A stretch of DNA of 64,000 nucleotides, taken from Gallionellaceae bacterium (GTDB taxonomy: Bacteria; Pseudomonadota; Gammaproteobacteria; Burkholderiales; Gallionellaceae). The stretch lies in NCBI GenBank assembly GCA_009885195.1, contig VFLG01000004.1, positions 33,973 through 97,972 on the forward strand. The letters run 5' to 3'. Position 1 is the first letter of the stretch; every line of letters begins with the position of its first letter. The notes beneath the pieces were generated by a model that ran no database searches, was not told the origin of the DNA, and saw only the letters and a list, made by a program, of their open reading frames with translations. The translations under genes and the position numbers were made by a program. Below, piece by piece: positions 1 through 10,360 of this stretch.

Positions 1-2346
1 CCGCAGTTGAAATTCCAGATCGAGACGCATGCCGGCAGTGGTCAGCCTTATCTCAAGGTCACTTCCGTGCAACCGGTTAACGAGCCCTTCGTGAGCCTGT
101 TGGTGGAATTGAGCTGGCCATCAGGCAAGCTGTTGCGCGAATACACATTTCTGCTCGATCCGCCGGGCTATGCTGCGGATCAACCCCAGGCGGCGGAAGT
201 AAAGCCTGTCGAGCCTGGCGTTGTCGATGAATCCCCTATCGCTGCCGAAGAACCCATGGCCAGCCCCCAGGACGAGGAAGCGACCGGCGAAGTGATAGCA
301 GAGAGCGCCGCTGCGCCGATGGAAGAAAAAACACCCGCAGAAGAAATGCCTGTTGCGGCCATACCCGATACTGCCGACGAAATTTCCGACGAAGCTGCCG
401 CCAGCGACAATGTTGCTTCCGGCGATATCAGGGTGAAGCGCGGCGATACCCTGCGTCAGATTGCCAGCCAAGCAAAACCTCCCGATGTCAGTCTCGAGCG
501 CATGCTGGTTGCGTTGTACCGCGCCAATGCTGATGCATTCTATGGCAACAACATGAACCGCCTGCAAGCGGGAAAAATCCTGCGTGTGCCGGAACAATCC
601 GAGCTGGATGAACTATCGCAGATCCAGGCGGTGAAAGAAATCCGCGCGCAAGTTACCGATTGGAACGCTTATCGCCAAAGGCTCGCGGCAGCCAGTGGCG
701 CTGTGGCAGAGCGGGTGCCCCGGCAGGAAACCTCGGGCAAGATCAGTACCACGGTTGCCGACCAAGCTCCTCCAGCAAAAGGATCCGCCAAAGAAGTGCT
801 GAGGCTGTCCAAAGGTGAGGCGCCCGGCGACAAAACTCAAGACCAGATGCACGCGCAGCAGGAAGAATCTATCGCCAAGGACAAGGCGCTCGCGGAAAGC
901 AAAGAACGGGTAGCGCTATTGGAAAAGAACGTCAATGCCATGCAGCGCCTGCTTGCGCTGAAAGGTCAGCCCATCCCGCCGCAAAGCAAAGCCGAATCCA
1001 CCGGGCTGGGAGCGCTACCCCCAGTGTCGGCTCCTGCCAGCGCGGTGCAGCCGGCAAAGCCAGTGGCGCAAGCCGAAGTGGAAACCCCGCAACCTTCCCT
1101 GCTGGATGAGCTGCTTGGCGAACCGCTTTATCTGGCCGGTGGTGCGGCCATACTGTTGGGGCTGGGCGGGCTGGTCGGCCTTCGCGTCGTGTTGAGGCGA
1201 CGTACCCAGCGCCGCAAACAAGAGCTAGAAGATGTGGGTAGCACCACTGGCCGCATCGCCGCGCCGATTGCACCCTCCCCGGAAACAGGAGATTTCACTA
1301 ATACCGTCATTGTGCAGGCCAGCCCTATCAATGCGCCGACCGATGATGTCGATCCAATCAGTGAGGCTGACCTGTTCCTGAACTTCGGCCGTGATGAGCA
1401 AGCCGAAGAAATTCTGAAAGACGCGCTGATCAAGAATCCGGCTAATCACCAGATTCATCTTAAACTGCTGTCTATTTATTTGAACCGCAGGGACGTCGCA
1501 GCATTTTCTGCTATCGCCCGCCAGTTGCAGGATTCCGGTGATGCGGCGGCCTGGGAACGGGCAGCCGCGATGGGTCTCAAGTTGGAACCGAATAATCCGA
1601 TATATGGCGGCGATGGCAGCGCGGCGGCGGAGGCGGAGGCGATCGTTGCCAAGGCCGCGCACGAAGAAGCCATGTTTGCTGTGGGCAAGACCAAACAACA
1701 GCCGTTTGCCATGGATTTTGATCTTGGCCTCGCTGCTGCGGAAGCGCCTGCGGTCACCATGGATTTTGATCTTGGCCTCACCGCAGCAGAAGCGCCTGCG
1801 GCTGCCATTGAGCCGAGTCAGGATAGCACCCTGGTATTGAATGCGCCGATGGATTTCGACGTGACTGGCAGCCGCCCAAGCGGGTCTGCGCAGAGTACGG
1901 AGAATGCAGAAACGCCTGCAATGCATCTGGACGATCTGATTTTCGATGTGACGGCCAGCCATAAGTCCATCCCTGAAGTGGCGAAAGAAGCAGCGGACAA
2001 GGCGGAGCCAGCGGATGCGGATCAGGGCCCTGCCTTCATGCTGGATTTTCCTGGTGCCGATAAATTTGAGGCCGCCCCGGAGCAAGCCGTGGCAAAGCCG
2101 TCGATGGACATCGGTCTGGCCGGGATCAGCCTGAACCTGAACGAACCCGTTGCGCCTGCCCCCGCACCTGCGGCGGGCGGCGAGGACGAGCACTGGCATG
2201 ATGTCGCCACCAAGCTCGATCTGGCCAACGCTTATAAGGAAATGGGTGATGCCGCAGGCGCGTGTGATATTTTGGAAGAAGTGGTGCGGGACGGAGATGA
2301 CCAGCAGCGCGCGGCGGCCGAGGCATTGCTGCGACAACTGCGATAA
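1..2346 (+). CDS. fimV: FimV/HubP polar landmark protein (5'-truncated at window edge)
   Basis: LysM-like segment (RVKRGDTLRQIA...NMNRLQAGKILRVP), coiled coil, one TM helix, acidic low-complexity region, C-terminal TKLDLANAYKEMGD motif; lies upstream of truA as is typical. Confidence 0.93.
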   Translation, partial: PQLKFQIETHAGSGQPYLKVTSVQPVNEPFVSLLVELSWPSGKLLREYTFLLDPPGYAADQPQAAEVKPVEPGVVDESPIAAEEPMASPQDEEATGEVIAESAAAPMEEKTPAEEMPVAAIPDTADEISDEAAASDNVASGDIRVKRGDTLRQIASQAKPPDVSLERMLVALYRANADAFYGNNMNRLQAGKILRVPEQSELDELSQIQAVKEIRAQVTDWNAYRQRLAAASGAVAERVPRQETSGKISTTVADQAPPAKGSAKEVLRLSKGEAPGDKTQDQMHAQQEESIAKDKALAESKERVALLEKNVNAMQRLLALKGQPIPPQSKAESTGLGALPPVSAPASAVQPAKPVAQAEVETPQPSLLDELLGEPLYLAGGAAILLGLGGLVGLRVVLRRRTQRRKQELEDVGSTTGRIAAPIAPSPETGDFTNTVIVQASPINAPTDDVDPISEADLFLNFGRDEQAEEILKDALIKNPANHQIHLKLLSIYLNRRDVAAFSAIARQLQDSGDAAAWERAAAMGLKLEPNNPIYGGDGSAAAEAEAIVAKAAHEEAMFAVGKTKQQPFAMDFDLGLAAAEAPAVTMDFDLGLTAAEAPAAAIEPSQDSTLVLNAPMDFDVTGSRPSGSAQSTENAETPAMHLDDLIFDVTASHKSIPEVAKEAADKAEPADADQGPAFMLDFPGADKFEAAPEQAVAKPSMDIGLAGISLNLNEPVAPAPAPAAGGEDEHWHDVATKLDLANAYKEMGDAAGACDILEEVVRDGDDQQRAAAEALLRQLR
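1710..1801 (+). repeat. In-frame 48-bp tandem duplication inside fimV (MDFDLGLxAAEAPA x2)
   Basis: catggattttgatcttggcctc...gaagcgcctgcgg occurs at 1710 and again at 1758. Confidence 0.85.
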
Positions 2347-2364
2347 TCACCGGTCAAGCACCCG

Positions 2365-2396
2365 ACGGCAGCCGAAATTCACGGCTGCCGTTTTTG
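2365..2396 (+). terminator. Intrinsic terminator after fimV
   Basis: acggcagccg-aaattca-cggctgccgt stem-loop followed by a T tract. Confidence 0.75.
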
Positions 2397-2426
2397 TTTG
2401 ATTTGACATCATTCAGCGGTCAGAAT

Positions 2427-3068
2427 ATGGAACCCTTAAAAATTCATCGCGGGCAGGCGCTGCACCCCGCCGCACTTATCCTGCTCTGGGTTTTTCTCGC
2501 TATCGCAATGCAATCACTGACTGCGATGGTGTTGCTGCTGGTCGGCGTGCCGCTGCTGATTGTGGCATACGTCTTGTCCGCCGCGCGTCTGCGCACACTG
2601 CTGCGCCATATACGTTGGATCATGTTGTCGCTGTTGCTGATCTATGCCTATGCCACACCTGGGGTAGCAATGGTGGCATCGCTGTCCCAATTCAGTCCAA
2701 CATACGAAGGCGTGATCGACGGCCTGCTGCAATTGAGCCGCCTGGTATTTGCGCTGGCCGGACTGGCTATCTTGCTGAGTTTGTTATCGCAGCAACAGCT
2801 TATCAGCGGCCTCTATGCCCTGGGCTATCCCTTGCGCTATATCGGGCTATCGCGCGCGCGCATGGCGGTGCGCTTGGCGTTGACGCTGCATTATGCCGAA
2901 TCCTCAATGCGGGATACTGCCGCCAATTGGCGTGCCAGCATCGAGCAAATGCCGGCGCAGGCGAAGGTCAAGCCGCAAAGCATTGAGCTGCAAGTTACCC
3001 TCTTTATCCTGCGTGATGGCTTGCTGATGATCTTGGGTTGTGCCTTGCTGTTGTTGGCGCTTCGTTGA
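2427..3068 (+). CDS. CbiQ/EcfT-like ECF transporter T-component membrane protein
   Basis: Highly hydrophobic; LHPAALILLW, RHIRWIMLSL and RMAVRLALTLHYA resemble the EcfT-like gene found between fimV and truA in Betaproteobacteria. Start position uncertain. Confidence 0.7.
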   Translation: MEPLKIHRGQALHPAALILLWVFLAIAMQSLTAMVLLLVGVPLLIVAYVLSAARLRTLLRHIRWIMLSLLLIYAYATPGVAMVASLSQFSPTYEGVIDGLLQLSRLVFALAGLAILLSLLSQQQLISGLYALGYPLRYIGLSRARMAVRLALTLHYAESSMRDTAANWRASIEQMPAQAKVKPQSIELQVTLFILRDGLLMILGCALLLLALR

Positions 3069-3086
3069 AAATCGTACTGGCGCTCT

Positions 3087-3234
3087 TATGGGCGTCTCTA
3101 TAAATTCAAAATCCTAAGCGAGACAAGGCGCGAAATAAATTTTAGCGCGCCGCATATAATTTGATATGTAAGCGTTAAAATTTCTTGAGCAACGCAGTAT
3201 CGCGACGGAGTTTGGATTTATAGAGATGCCCTTA
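3087..3234. mobile_element. ERIC/RPE-like structured MITE, copy A
   Basis: Terminal IR gggcgtctctataaattcaaa/tttggatttatagagatgccc, TA-flanked, with internal nested stems; homologous to 10221-10360 and 61230-61369. Confidence 0.85.
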
Positions 3235-3998
3235 TGAGAATTGCTTTAGGAATTGAATATGATGGCAACCAGTTCTTTGGCTGGCAAAGCCAGGCCGGCG
3301 GGCATACGGTACAGGATGCGTTGCAAGCAGCCTTGAGCAATATCGCCAGCGAACCGATTGCCATCATTGCCGCCGGACGCACCGATACCGGCGTGCACGC
3401 ATTGGAGCAAGTGGCGCATTTCGATACCCATGCCGAACGCCCGCTCTCGGCCTGGGTGCGCGGTGTCAATTCGCTGTTACCGAAGAGCGTTGCCGTATTA
3501 TGGGCGCATGTAGTGCCGGACGAATTTCATGCGCGCTTTTCTGCGCAAGCGCGCAGCTACAGTTATTTTCTGATCAACCGGCCAGTGCGCAGTGCCGTGC
3601 AGCACGGTCGGGTCGGCTGGTATCACGCGCCACTGGATGAAAAAAAAATGTGCGGGGCGGCGAAGTATCTGCTGGGCGAACATGACTTTAGTTCATTTCG
3701 CGCAGCGGAGTGCCAGGCAAAATCACCGGTCAAGAATTTGGCGCAACTCGACATCGCCCGCCGGGGAGAAAACATCGTATTCGATCTGACCGCCAATGCA
3801 TTCCTACACCACATGGTGCGAAATATTGTTGGTTGCCTGATATATGTCGGCCAAGGCAAACGCCCGCCGCAGTGGCTGCGCGAAGTGCTGGAAAGCCGCA
3901 ACCGCAACCAGGCCGCGCCGACCTTTGCGCCGGATGGCTTATACTTGCGCCGCATTCAATATGAAGCAAAGTGGGGGTTACCCCAGAATCAGGACTGA
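3234..3998 (+). CDS. truA: tRNA pseudouridine(38-40) synthase
   Basis: IEYDG..F.GWQ, AGRTDTGVHA and FLHHMVRNIVG motifs. Confidence 0.97.
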   Translation: MRIALGIEYDGNQFFGWQSQAGGHTVQDALQAALSNIASEPIAIIAAGRTDTGVHALEQVAHFDTHAERPLSAWVRGVNSLLPKSVAVLWAHVVPDEFHARFSAQARSYSYFLINRPVRSAVQHGRVGWYHAPLDEKKMCGAAKYLLGEHDFSSFRAAECQAKSPVKNLAQLDIARRGENIVFDLTANAFLHHMVRNIVGCLIYVGQGKRPPQWLREVLESRNRNQAAPTFAPDGLYLRRIQYEAKWGLPQNQD

Positions 3999-4007
3999 GG
4001 ATTGCTA

Positions 4008-4062
4008 TGGAGTGCGGCGGCATGACGCCGCCTTTAAAGTGCTGACGTGTCAGCGCACTCCA
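4008..4062. repeat. GGAG-type REP doublet
   Basis: tggagtgcggcggcatgacgccgc ... gctgacgtgtcagcgcactcca; the first arm recurs inverted (23/24 identical) at 53674-53697. Confidence 0.8.
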
Positions 4063-4082
4063 AATACTTTCAAAGGATAACT

Positions 4083-4718
4083 ATGGTTACACGGGTAAAA
4101 ATTTGCGGCATCACGCGCGTGCAAGATGCGCTGGCCGCCGCAACCTGCGGCGCAGATGCGCTCGGACTGGTGTTCTATGACAAGAGCCCGCGTTATGTCA
4201 CGCTGCAACAGGCGGCACAACTGGCCACCGCAATGCCGCCTTTCATAACAGTGGTTGGATTGTTTGTGAATGCCAGTGCGGAAACGGTGCGGGAAATTTT
4301 GCAGCATGTGCCGCTGGATCTGTTGCAGTTTCACGGCGAGGAAGAGCCGGATTTTTGTGCGCAGTTTGGCCGGCCTTATTTGAAGGCGATTCGGGTCAAA
4401 GCGGGAGTGAATTTGCTACAATGCGCGGCGCGCTACAAAGGCGCACAGGGTTTGCTGCTGGATGCCCACGTCGCAGGTACGCATGGCGGCACCGGGGAAT
4501 CATTCGACTGGACCATGATTCCGCCTGATTTGCCGCTGCCGGTGATTCTTTCCGGCGGGCTACATGCGGGCAATGTGGCTCAGGCGATCAAGCAGGTGCG
4601 GCCCTATGCCGTGGATGTATCCAGTGGTGTGGAAACAGGCAAGGGAATCAAGGACGCGACGAAAGTCGCCGCGTTTATCAATGAGGTTAAGCGAATAGAT
4701 GTACAACTATCCCGATAG
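4083..4718 (+). CDS. trpF: Phosphoribosylanthranilate isomerase
   Basis: [24 protein letters not shown] and AVDVSSGVE motifs. Confidence 0.96.
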   Translation: MVTRVKICGITRVQDALAAATCGADALGLVFYDKSPRYVTLQQAAQLATAMPPFITVVGLFVNASAETVREILQHVPLDLLQFHGEEEPDFCAQFGRPYLKAIRVKAGVNLLQCAARYKGAQGLLLDAHVAGTHGGTGESFDWTMIPPDLPLPVILSGGLHAGNVAQAIKQVRPYAVDVSSGVETGKGIKDATKVAAFINEVKRIDVQLSR

Positions 4719-5895
4719 CAGCGGCCACTTCGGCCCTTACGGCGGCATTTATGTCGCCGAGACTTTGATGGGCGCGCTGGAAGAGCTGAACGCGGCTTAT
4801 GAAAAATATCGCCACGATCCTGAATTCGTCGCCGAACTGAATGACGACCTCAAGCATTTCGTCGGCCGTCCCAGCCCGATCTATCACGCCAAACGCTGGT
4901 CGCTGCAACTGGGTGGCGCGCAAATATACCTGAAGCGCGAAGACCTCAACCATACCGGCGCGCACAAGGTGAACAACACCGTGGGGCAGGCATTGCTGGC
5001 CAAGCGCATGGGCAAACCACGCGTGATTGCCGAGACCGGCGCGGGTCAGCATGGTGTGGCGACGGCGACTGTGGCGGCACGTTATGGCATGGAGTGCGTG
5101 GTGTACATGGGTTCGGCAGACATGCAGCGCCAGGCGCAGAATGTCTATCGCATGAAGTTGCTGGGCGCGACGGTGGTGCCGGTGGAGAGCGGCTCCAAGA
5201 CACTCAAGGATGCGCTCAACGAAGCAATGCGCGACTGGGTGACCAATATCGAAAATACTTTTTACATCATCGGCACGGTGGCCGGGCCGCATCCCTATCC
5301 GATGATGGTGCGCGATTTTAATTCCATCGTCGGCAAGGAATGCGTGGTGCAGATGCCGGAGATGGCGGGTCGCCAGCCGGATGCGGTGATCGCATGCGTC
5401 GGCGGCGGTTCCAACGCGATGGGCGTGTTTTATTCTTATATCGACATGCCCGGCGTGAAACTGATCGGCGTGGAAGCGGGCGGGCACGGCATAGCCAGCG
5501 GCCAACATGCAGCTCCGCTGACCACCAACAGCAAGGTGGGTGTGCTGCACGGTAACCGTACCTATTTGATGCAGGACGAAAACGGCCAGATCATCGAGAC
5601 GCACTCCATTTCCGCCGGGCTGGATTACCCCGGTGTCGGCCCCGAACACGCCTGGCTCAAAGACAGCGGGCGTGCCGAATATGTCGCGATCAACGATGAC
5701 GAAGCGTTGCGCGCATTCCATGACCTCTGCCACTTCGAAGGCATCATTCCGGCGCTGGAATCCAGCCACGCCTTAGCCTATGCGGCGAAGATCGCACCGG
5801 GCATGGCCAAGGATAAAGTGCTGCTGGTCAACCTGTCCGGGCGCGGCGACAAGGACATGGCGACCGTGGCCCGTGTTTCCGGCATTAACTTATAG
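4699..5895 (+). CDS. trpB: Tryptophan synthase beta subunit
   Basis: [11 protein letters not shown] (PLP lysine), AETGAGQHG and [13 protein letters not shown] motifs. Confidence 0.98.
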   Translation: MYNYPDSSGHFGPYGGIYVAETLMGALEELNAAYEKYRHDPEFVAELNDDLKHFVGRPSPIYHAKRWSLQLGGAQIYLKREDLNHTGAHKVNNTVGQALLAKRMGKPRVIAETGAGQHGVATATVAARYGMECVVYMGSADMQRQAQNVYRMKLLGATVVPVESGSKTLKDALNEAMRDWVTNIENTFYIIGTVAGPHPYPMMVRDFNSIVGKECVVQMPEMAGRQPDAVIACVGGGSNAMGVFYSYIDMPGVKLIGVEAGGHGIASGQHAAPLTTNSKVGVLHGNRTYLMQDENGQIIETHSISAGLDYPGVGPEHAWLKDSGRAEYVAINDDEALRAFHDLCHFEGIIPALESSHALAYAAKIAPGMAKDKVLLVNLSGRGDKDMATVARVSGINL

Positions 5896-5902
5896 GCGCC
5901 TC

Positions 5903-6703
5903 ATGTCACGCATCCAGACCACCTTCGAAAAACTCAAGCAGCGCGACCGCAAGGCGCTGATCCCCTTCATCACCGCAGGCGATCCCCACCCGGCCAGCAC
6001 GGTTGCGCTGATGCATGCGCTGGTGGAAGTGGGAGCAGATATCATCGAGTTGGGCGTGCCATTCTCCGACCCGATGGCGGATGGGCCAACCATACAGCGC
6101 GCTTCCGAGCGGGCGCTCAAACATGGCGTGGCGTTGCATGACGTGCTGGACATGGTGGCGCAGTTTCGCGGCCAGGACAGCAGCACACCCGTGGTGCTGA
6201 TGGGCTACGGCAACCCCATCGAGGCGATGGGCTGGGAACACTTTGCCACACGTTGCGCGCAAGTAGGAGTGGACGGCGTGCTGACTGTGGATTTTCCGCC
6301 GGAAGAAAGCCATGAGGCCTTCGGCCATCTGCATCGGCATGGCATAGACCCGATCTTTTTGCTTGCGCCCACCACGTCCGATGCGCGCATCGCGCAAGTG
6401 GCCAAACTGGCGCGCGGCTATGTGTATTACGTGTCGCTCAAGGGTGTGACCGGGGCGGGCAATCTGGATTTGACGGCTATTGCCGGTAGAATCCCCCATC
6501 TACGGCAGCACATCAGTTTACCTATCGGCGTCGGCTTCGGCATACGCGATGCAGCAACGGCACGCGCCGTCGCCCAGCTGTGTGATGGCGTGGTGGTGGG
6601 CAGCCGCATCGTGCAGGAAATCGAGAATTCCAAGGAACAGAATGTCGTCGCGAATGTAGCCAAATTGGTTAAGGAATTAAAGGCGGCAGTGGATCAGGCT
6701 TAA
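5903..6703 (+). CDS. trpA: Tryptophan synthase alpha subunit
   Basis: [27 protein letters not shown] and VGFGI motifs. Confidence 0.97.
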   Translation: MSRIQTTFEKLKQRDRKALIPFITAGDPHPASTVALMHALVEVGADIIELGVPFSDPMADGPTIQRASERALKHGVALHDVLDMVAQFRGQDSSTPVVLMGYGNPIEAMGWEHFATRCAQVGVDGVLTVDFPPEESHEAFGHLHRHGIDPIFLLAPTTSDARIAQVAKLARGYVYYVSLKGVTGAGNLDLTAIAGRIPHLRQHISLPIGVGFGIRDAATARAVAQLCDGVVVGSRIVQEIENSKEQNVVANVAKLVKELKAAVDQA

Positions 6704-6704
6704 C

Positions 6705-6760
6705 CCCCCTCTCCCCCAACCCCTCTCCCGCTTGCGGGAGAGGGGTTGGGGGAGAGGGGG
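6705..6760. repeat. Pyrimidine/purine palindromic hairpin (CCCTCTCCC-type repeat)
   Basis: Near-perfect long stem: a C/T-rich arm (ccccctctccccc...ccctctcccgc), a short loop, then gcgggagaggggttgggggagaggggg; starts right after the trpA stop. Confidence 0.85.
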
Positions 6761-6778
6761 AGAAAAAAAGGAAATACC

Positions 6779-7666
6779 ATGAGTTGGTTCCAGAAATTAT
6801 TACCCCCCAAGATCAAGCGCCGCGAACTGGGCGCGGAGAGCAAGAAGAACGTGCCGGAAGGGCTGTGGCACAAGTGCCCGGCCTGCCAGTCAGTGCTGTA
6901 CTACTCCGACCTGGAAAAGAACCACAGCGTCTGTCCCAAGTGCGACCATCATCATCGCGTTACCGCGCGTATCCGGTTGGACTGGTTGTTGGATACCGAG
7001 GGACGTTTTGAGATTGGGGCCGAGGTGCAGCCACTGGATACGCTGAAATTCAAGGACAGCCGGAAATACAGTGAGCGCTTGACCGCGGCGCAGAGCGATA
7101 CCGGCGAAACCGATGCGCTGGTGGTGATGCAGGGCAGTGTGCACAGCATTCCGCTGGTGGCGGCGGTGTTCGAATTCACTTTCATGGGCGGCTCCATGGG
7201 TTCGGTGGTGGGCGAGCGTTTTGTGCGCGGCGTACAGCTCGCCACCGAGCAGAAAATCCCGTTCGTGTGTTTTGCCGCCAGCGGTGGGGCGCGTATGCAG
7301 GAAGGGCTGCTGTCGCTGATGCAAATGGCCAAGACCTGCGCTGCGCTGACGCAATTGAGCGCAGAAAAAGTGCCCTTCATTTCGGTATTGACCGACCCCA
7401 CCATGGGCGGCGTGTCCGCCAGCTTCGCCTTCATGGGCGACGTGGTGATCGCCGAGCCCGGCGCGCTGATCGGCTTTGCAGGCGCGCGCGTGATTGAGCA
7501 GACGGTACGCGAGACGTTGCCGGATGGATTTCAGCGCGCGGAGTTTTTGCTGGAACATGGCGCGATAGACATGATTGTGGACAGGCGCCAGATGCGGAAG
7601 CAACTGGCAACGCTGATTACGCTGCTGACCAAGCAAGCAGCAGTGGCGGAGATTGAGGCGGCTTAA
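6779..7666 (+). CDS. accD: Acetyl-CoA carboxylase carboxyltransferase beta subunit
   Basis: C4 zinc finger (KCPAC...VCPKC), [12 protein letters not shown] and SGGARMQEG motifs. Confidence 0.97.
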   Translation: MSWFQKLLPPKIKRRELGAESKKNVPEGLWHKCPACQSVLYYSDLEKNHSVCPKCDHHHRVTARIRLDWLLDTEGRFEIGAEVQPLDTLKFKDSRKYSERLTAAQSDTGETDALVVMQGSVHSIPLVAAVFEFTFMGGSMGSVVGERFVRGVQLATEQKIPFVCFAASGGARMQEGLLSLMQMAKTCAALTQLSAEKVPFISVLTDPTMGGVSASFAFMGDVVIAEPGALIGFAGARVIEQTVRETLPDGFQRAEFLLEHGAIDMIVDRRQMRKQLATLITLLTKQAAVAEIEAA

Positions 7667-7698
7667 TACATTAGGCAGCCCACAATAGGCTCAGACAT

Positions 7699-8244
7699 AT
7701 GAATTCCCGCAAACTGCAACGTGATGCCAAACTTGAAGAACAATGCAGTGTTCTCGCTGATATTATCGTAGCCATCAGACCTGTGTATTCAAAGGCTACT
7801 CTAGGGCAAAGAACATTGCTCGAAACAACTATCGGCGCAGCCATTTGGTATATTCCCAAGCCTTTAGAAGCGTGGACCGGTCGTATGTCAATTGGCGCAC
7901 TAAAGATATTTCACCCAGAAAGTGGGATACAGAAACCGAAGTTCAGCGAAGAGCATGTTTACCCGCGAAAAGTGACGGCTAGATTGTTGCTCGAAGATCA
8001 GTCCCTTGATGGAACCAGTCTCGGCACTTTGTTCCGAGAGAAATATGGACGTTTACATTTCATTACCCCAGATGAAAACAAATCCGTCCAGCCTTATCAA
8101 CGAGTCGGAGTATTTACAACTCCCGATGACGCATATGCGAAAGCGGGCATAGTGCTAATTGAAGTCGCAAACCACGAACTTCGTCTCGTCAAAAAACGTG
8201 ACCGCAATATCATTGAGCGCTATTTAAATAGCCAATCAGCGTAA
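7699..8244 (+). CDS. Orphan hypothetical protein, possibly His-Me/HNH-like nuclease fold
   Basis: 181-aa ORF, visibly AT-richer than its neighbours, interrupting accD-folC; EEHVYP ... FITPDEN pattern. Confidence 0.7.
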   Translation: MNSRKLQRDAKLEEQCSVLADIIVAIRPVYSKATLGQRTLLETTIGAAIWYIPKPLEAWTGRMSIGALKIFHPESGIQKPKFSEEHVYPRKVTARLLLEDQSLDGTSLGTLFREKYGRLHFITPDENKSVQPYQRVGVFTTPDDAYAKAGIVLIEVANHELRLVKKRDRNIIERYLNSQSA

Positions 8245-8255
8245 GGCGGAAATAA

Positions 8256-8360
8256 GTAGGGCGGATGAGCCGTAGGCGTTATCCGCTGGATGTGAATAAA
8301 ACACTTCGCTATAACAAACACGAATCTTACGGCGGAAGGCGCTGCGCTTTTCCGCCCTAC
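8256..8360. repeat. GTAG-type REP doublet (REPIN-like)
   Basis: gtagggcggatgagccgtaggcgttatccgc ... ggcggaaggcgctgcgcttttccgccctac; related copy at 16542. Confidence 0.85.
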
Positions 8361-8365
8361 ATTAC

Positions 8366-9634
8366 ATGCCATCTACACTAGCCGACTGGCTGACCCACCT
8401 CGAATCCCTACATCCCAAAACCATCGCGCTCGGTCTGGAGCGCGTGGCGCAAGTCAAGCAGCGGCTGAATCTTCAGCCTAATTTCCCAGTCATCGTCGTC
8501 GGTGGCACTAACGGCAAGGGCTCGGTGTGCGCGATGCTGGAAAGCATACTGCACGCCGCCGGATACCGCGTCGGCTGTTACACCTCGCCGCATCTGCTGG
8601 ATTACAACGAGCGGGTGCGCATCGCCAAACAATCGGTGAGCGATGCCGAGTTGTGTGCTTCGTTTGAAAAAATTGAACAGGTGCGCGGTGACATTCCTTT
8701 AACTTATTTTGAGTTCGGCACGTTGGCCGCGATGCAGTGTTTCATCGCGCACAAGGTGGAGGTAGCCATTCTGGAAGTGGGGTTGGGCGGCAGACTGGAT
8801 GCGGTTAATGTGTTCGATCACGATTGCGCGGTAGTGGCCAGTGTGGACATCGACCATACGGAATATCTCGGCAATACGCGTGAGCTGATTGCTTTCGAGA
8901 AGGCGGGGATTTTCCGGGCAGGCAAGGTGGCGATTTGTGCGGATTCGGATGTGCCGCTGGCGATGGTGGAGCAGGCTGAAAAAATAGGTGCGCAACTGTG
9001 GCGCATCGGCAGTGAGTTCAGTTTTACGCCACACCATGGCCAGTGGAATTACCGCAGCAAGGTAGGTGCGCGCAGCTCGCTGCCCTACCCTGCCCTGCGC
9101 GGCGCCTTCCAATTACACAACGCCAGTGCGGCACTGGCGGCGCTGGATGCGCTTAAGGAACGCTTGCCGGTGAGTATGGCGGCGGTGCGCCGCGGGCTGA
9201 CGGAGGTCACTTTGCCGGGACGCTTTCAGGTTGTGCCGGGCAGGCCGATGTTGATTCTGGATGTGGCACACAACCCACACGCCGCGCGTTCTCTGGCGCA
9301 AAATTTGGCCGATATGCCGCCCAGTCACAAGACTTTTGCGGTGTTCGCGATGCTCAAGGATAAAGATATGGCCGGCGTGGTGCGTGCGCTTAAGGGGCAG
9401 GTGGATGTCTGGCTGGTGGCGGGGTTAGCCGCGCCGCGCGGCGCAACGTCAGCGGAATTGGCGCAAGTGCTGGCTGCCGAGGGGATGCAGGGCGCGGTGC
9501 TGACGTTTGCCACGGTAACCGATGCGCTGCAGCATGCCTGTAATGAGGCCGCCGAAAATGATAGAATTGCGGCCTTTGGTTCATTCTATACAGTGGCGGA
9601 AGTGATGCGTGTGCGCGGTCTGCGCTACGCCTGA
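8366..9634 (+). CDS. folC: Bifunctional folylpolyglutamate/dihydrofolate synthase
   Basis: GTNGKGS, YTSPHL, LEVGLGGRLDAVN and LDVAHNPHA motifs. Confidence 0.97.
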   Translation: MPSTLADWLTHLESLHPKTIALGLERVAQVKQRLNLQPNFPVIVVGGTNGKGSVCAMLESILHAAGYRVGCYTSPHLLDYNERVRIAKQSVSDAELCASFEKIEQVRGDIPLTYFEFGTLAAMQCFIAHKVEVAILEVGLGGRLDAVNVFDHDCAVVASVDIDHTEYLGNTRELIAFEKAGIFRAGKVAICADSDVPLAMVEQAEKIGAQLWRIGSEFSFTPHHGQWNYRSKVGARSSLPYPALRGAFQLHNASAALAALDALKERLPVSMAAVRRGLTEVTLPGRFQVVPGRPMLILDVAHNPHAARSLAQNLADMPPSHKTFAVFAMLKDKDMAGVVRALKGQVDVWLVAGLAAPRGATSAELAQVLAAEGMQGAVLTFATVTDALQHACNEAAENDRIAAFGSFYTVAEVMRVRGLRYA

Positions 9635-9652
9635 TTTTCGCGGAGGAAAAAG

Positions 9653-10219
9653 ATGGCTAAGCAACTCATGGATGATGAAAGCAATTTGAAACGCCGGGCA
9701 AGAAGACGTCTGGTTGGCGCGGTGGCATTGGCCACAGCCATTGTGGTGCTGCTGCCCATGCTGCTGGACAGCGAACCCAAGCAAGTGGGACAGGATATCG
9801 AGATACATATACCCGACCAGGACAAGGTGGCTGAATTCGAGCCGAAATTGCCCTTGCCATCCACACCGGACGATGCCCCTGCGGCCTCGTCCGTCGAAGC
9901 TGTTGCCAGCCCGCTTGCAGCATCGCCAGTGGTTGCCGCTCCCGTGGCGGCAGTGAGCAGTCCTGTTGTTGTGCCGCCAGCCAAAGTTGCCGAACAACAA
10001 GCCAGCTTTGTCGTGCAGATAGGCGCGTTTGCCAATGCCGATTCAGCGCATCAGTTGCAGAAAAAATTGAGCAAGCAGGGCATCAAGGCTTACACCGAAA
10101 AAGCAGATGGCAAAACCCGTGTGCGCGCCGGTCCTTATGCCACGCGCGAAGCGGCGGACAAGATAGTCCATAAGCTGGAGAAGCAGGGATTGAAGCCGGT
10201 CATAAGCCAGGTCCAATAA
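9653..10219 (+). CDS. dedD: SPOR-domain cell division protein (DedD-like)
   Basis: RARRRLVGAVAL TM anchor; C-terminal SPOR domain (VQIGAF...RVRAGPY); folC-dedD-cvpA-purF synteny. Confidence 0.88.
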   Translation: MAKQLMDDESNLKRRARRRLVGAVALATAIVVLLPMLLDSEPKQVGQDIEIHIPDQDKVAEFEPKLPLPSTPDDAPAASSVEAVASPLAASPVVAAPVAAVSSPVVVPPAKVAEQQASFVVQIGAFANADSAHQLQKKLSKQGIKAYTEKADGKTRVRAGPYATREAADKIVHKLEKQGLKPVISQVQ

Positions 10220-10220
10220 T

Positions 10221-10360
10221 GGGACTTCTAAAAATTCAGAGTTCGCCCAACTGCAAGGCGCGGAGAAAATTTCGCCGCGCCGCATATGGGTTATATGTAA
10301 GCAAGAAATTTTTTCCGCAACGCAGCAGTTGGGATGAAATCTGGATTTTTCAATGACCTG
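10221..10360. mobile_element. ERIC/RPE-like structured MITE, copy B (right end eroded into the cvpA start)
   Basis: gggacttctaaaaattcaga...tctggattttt; same caaggcgcg / gcgccgcatat..atatgtaagc / gcaacgca core as copies A and C. Confidence 0.8.

Noticed and set aside
1225-2337. Long antisense ORFs (e.g. 1225-2337, 4687-5769, 39137-40123, 29712-30539)
   Set aside because: Shadow frames opposite well-supported genes in GC-rich DNA, with no recognisable motifs.
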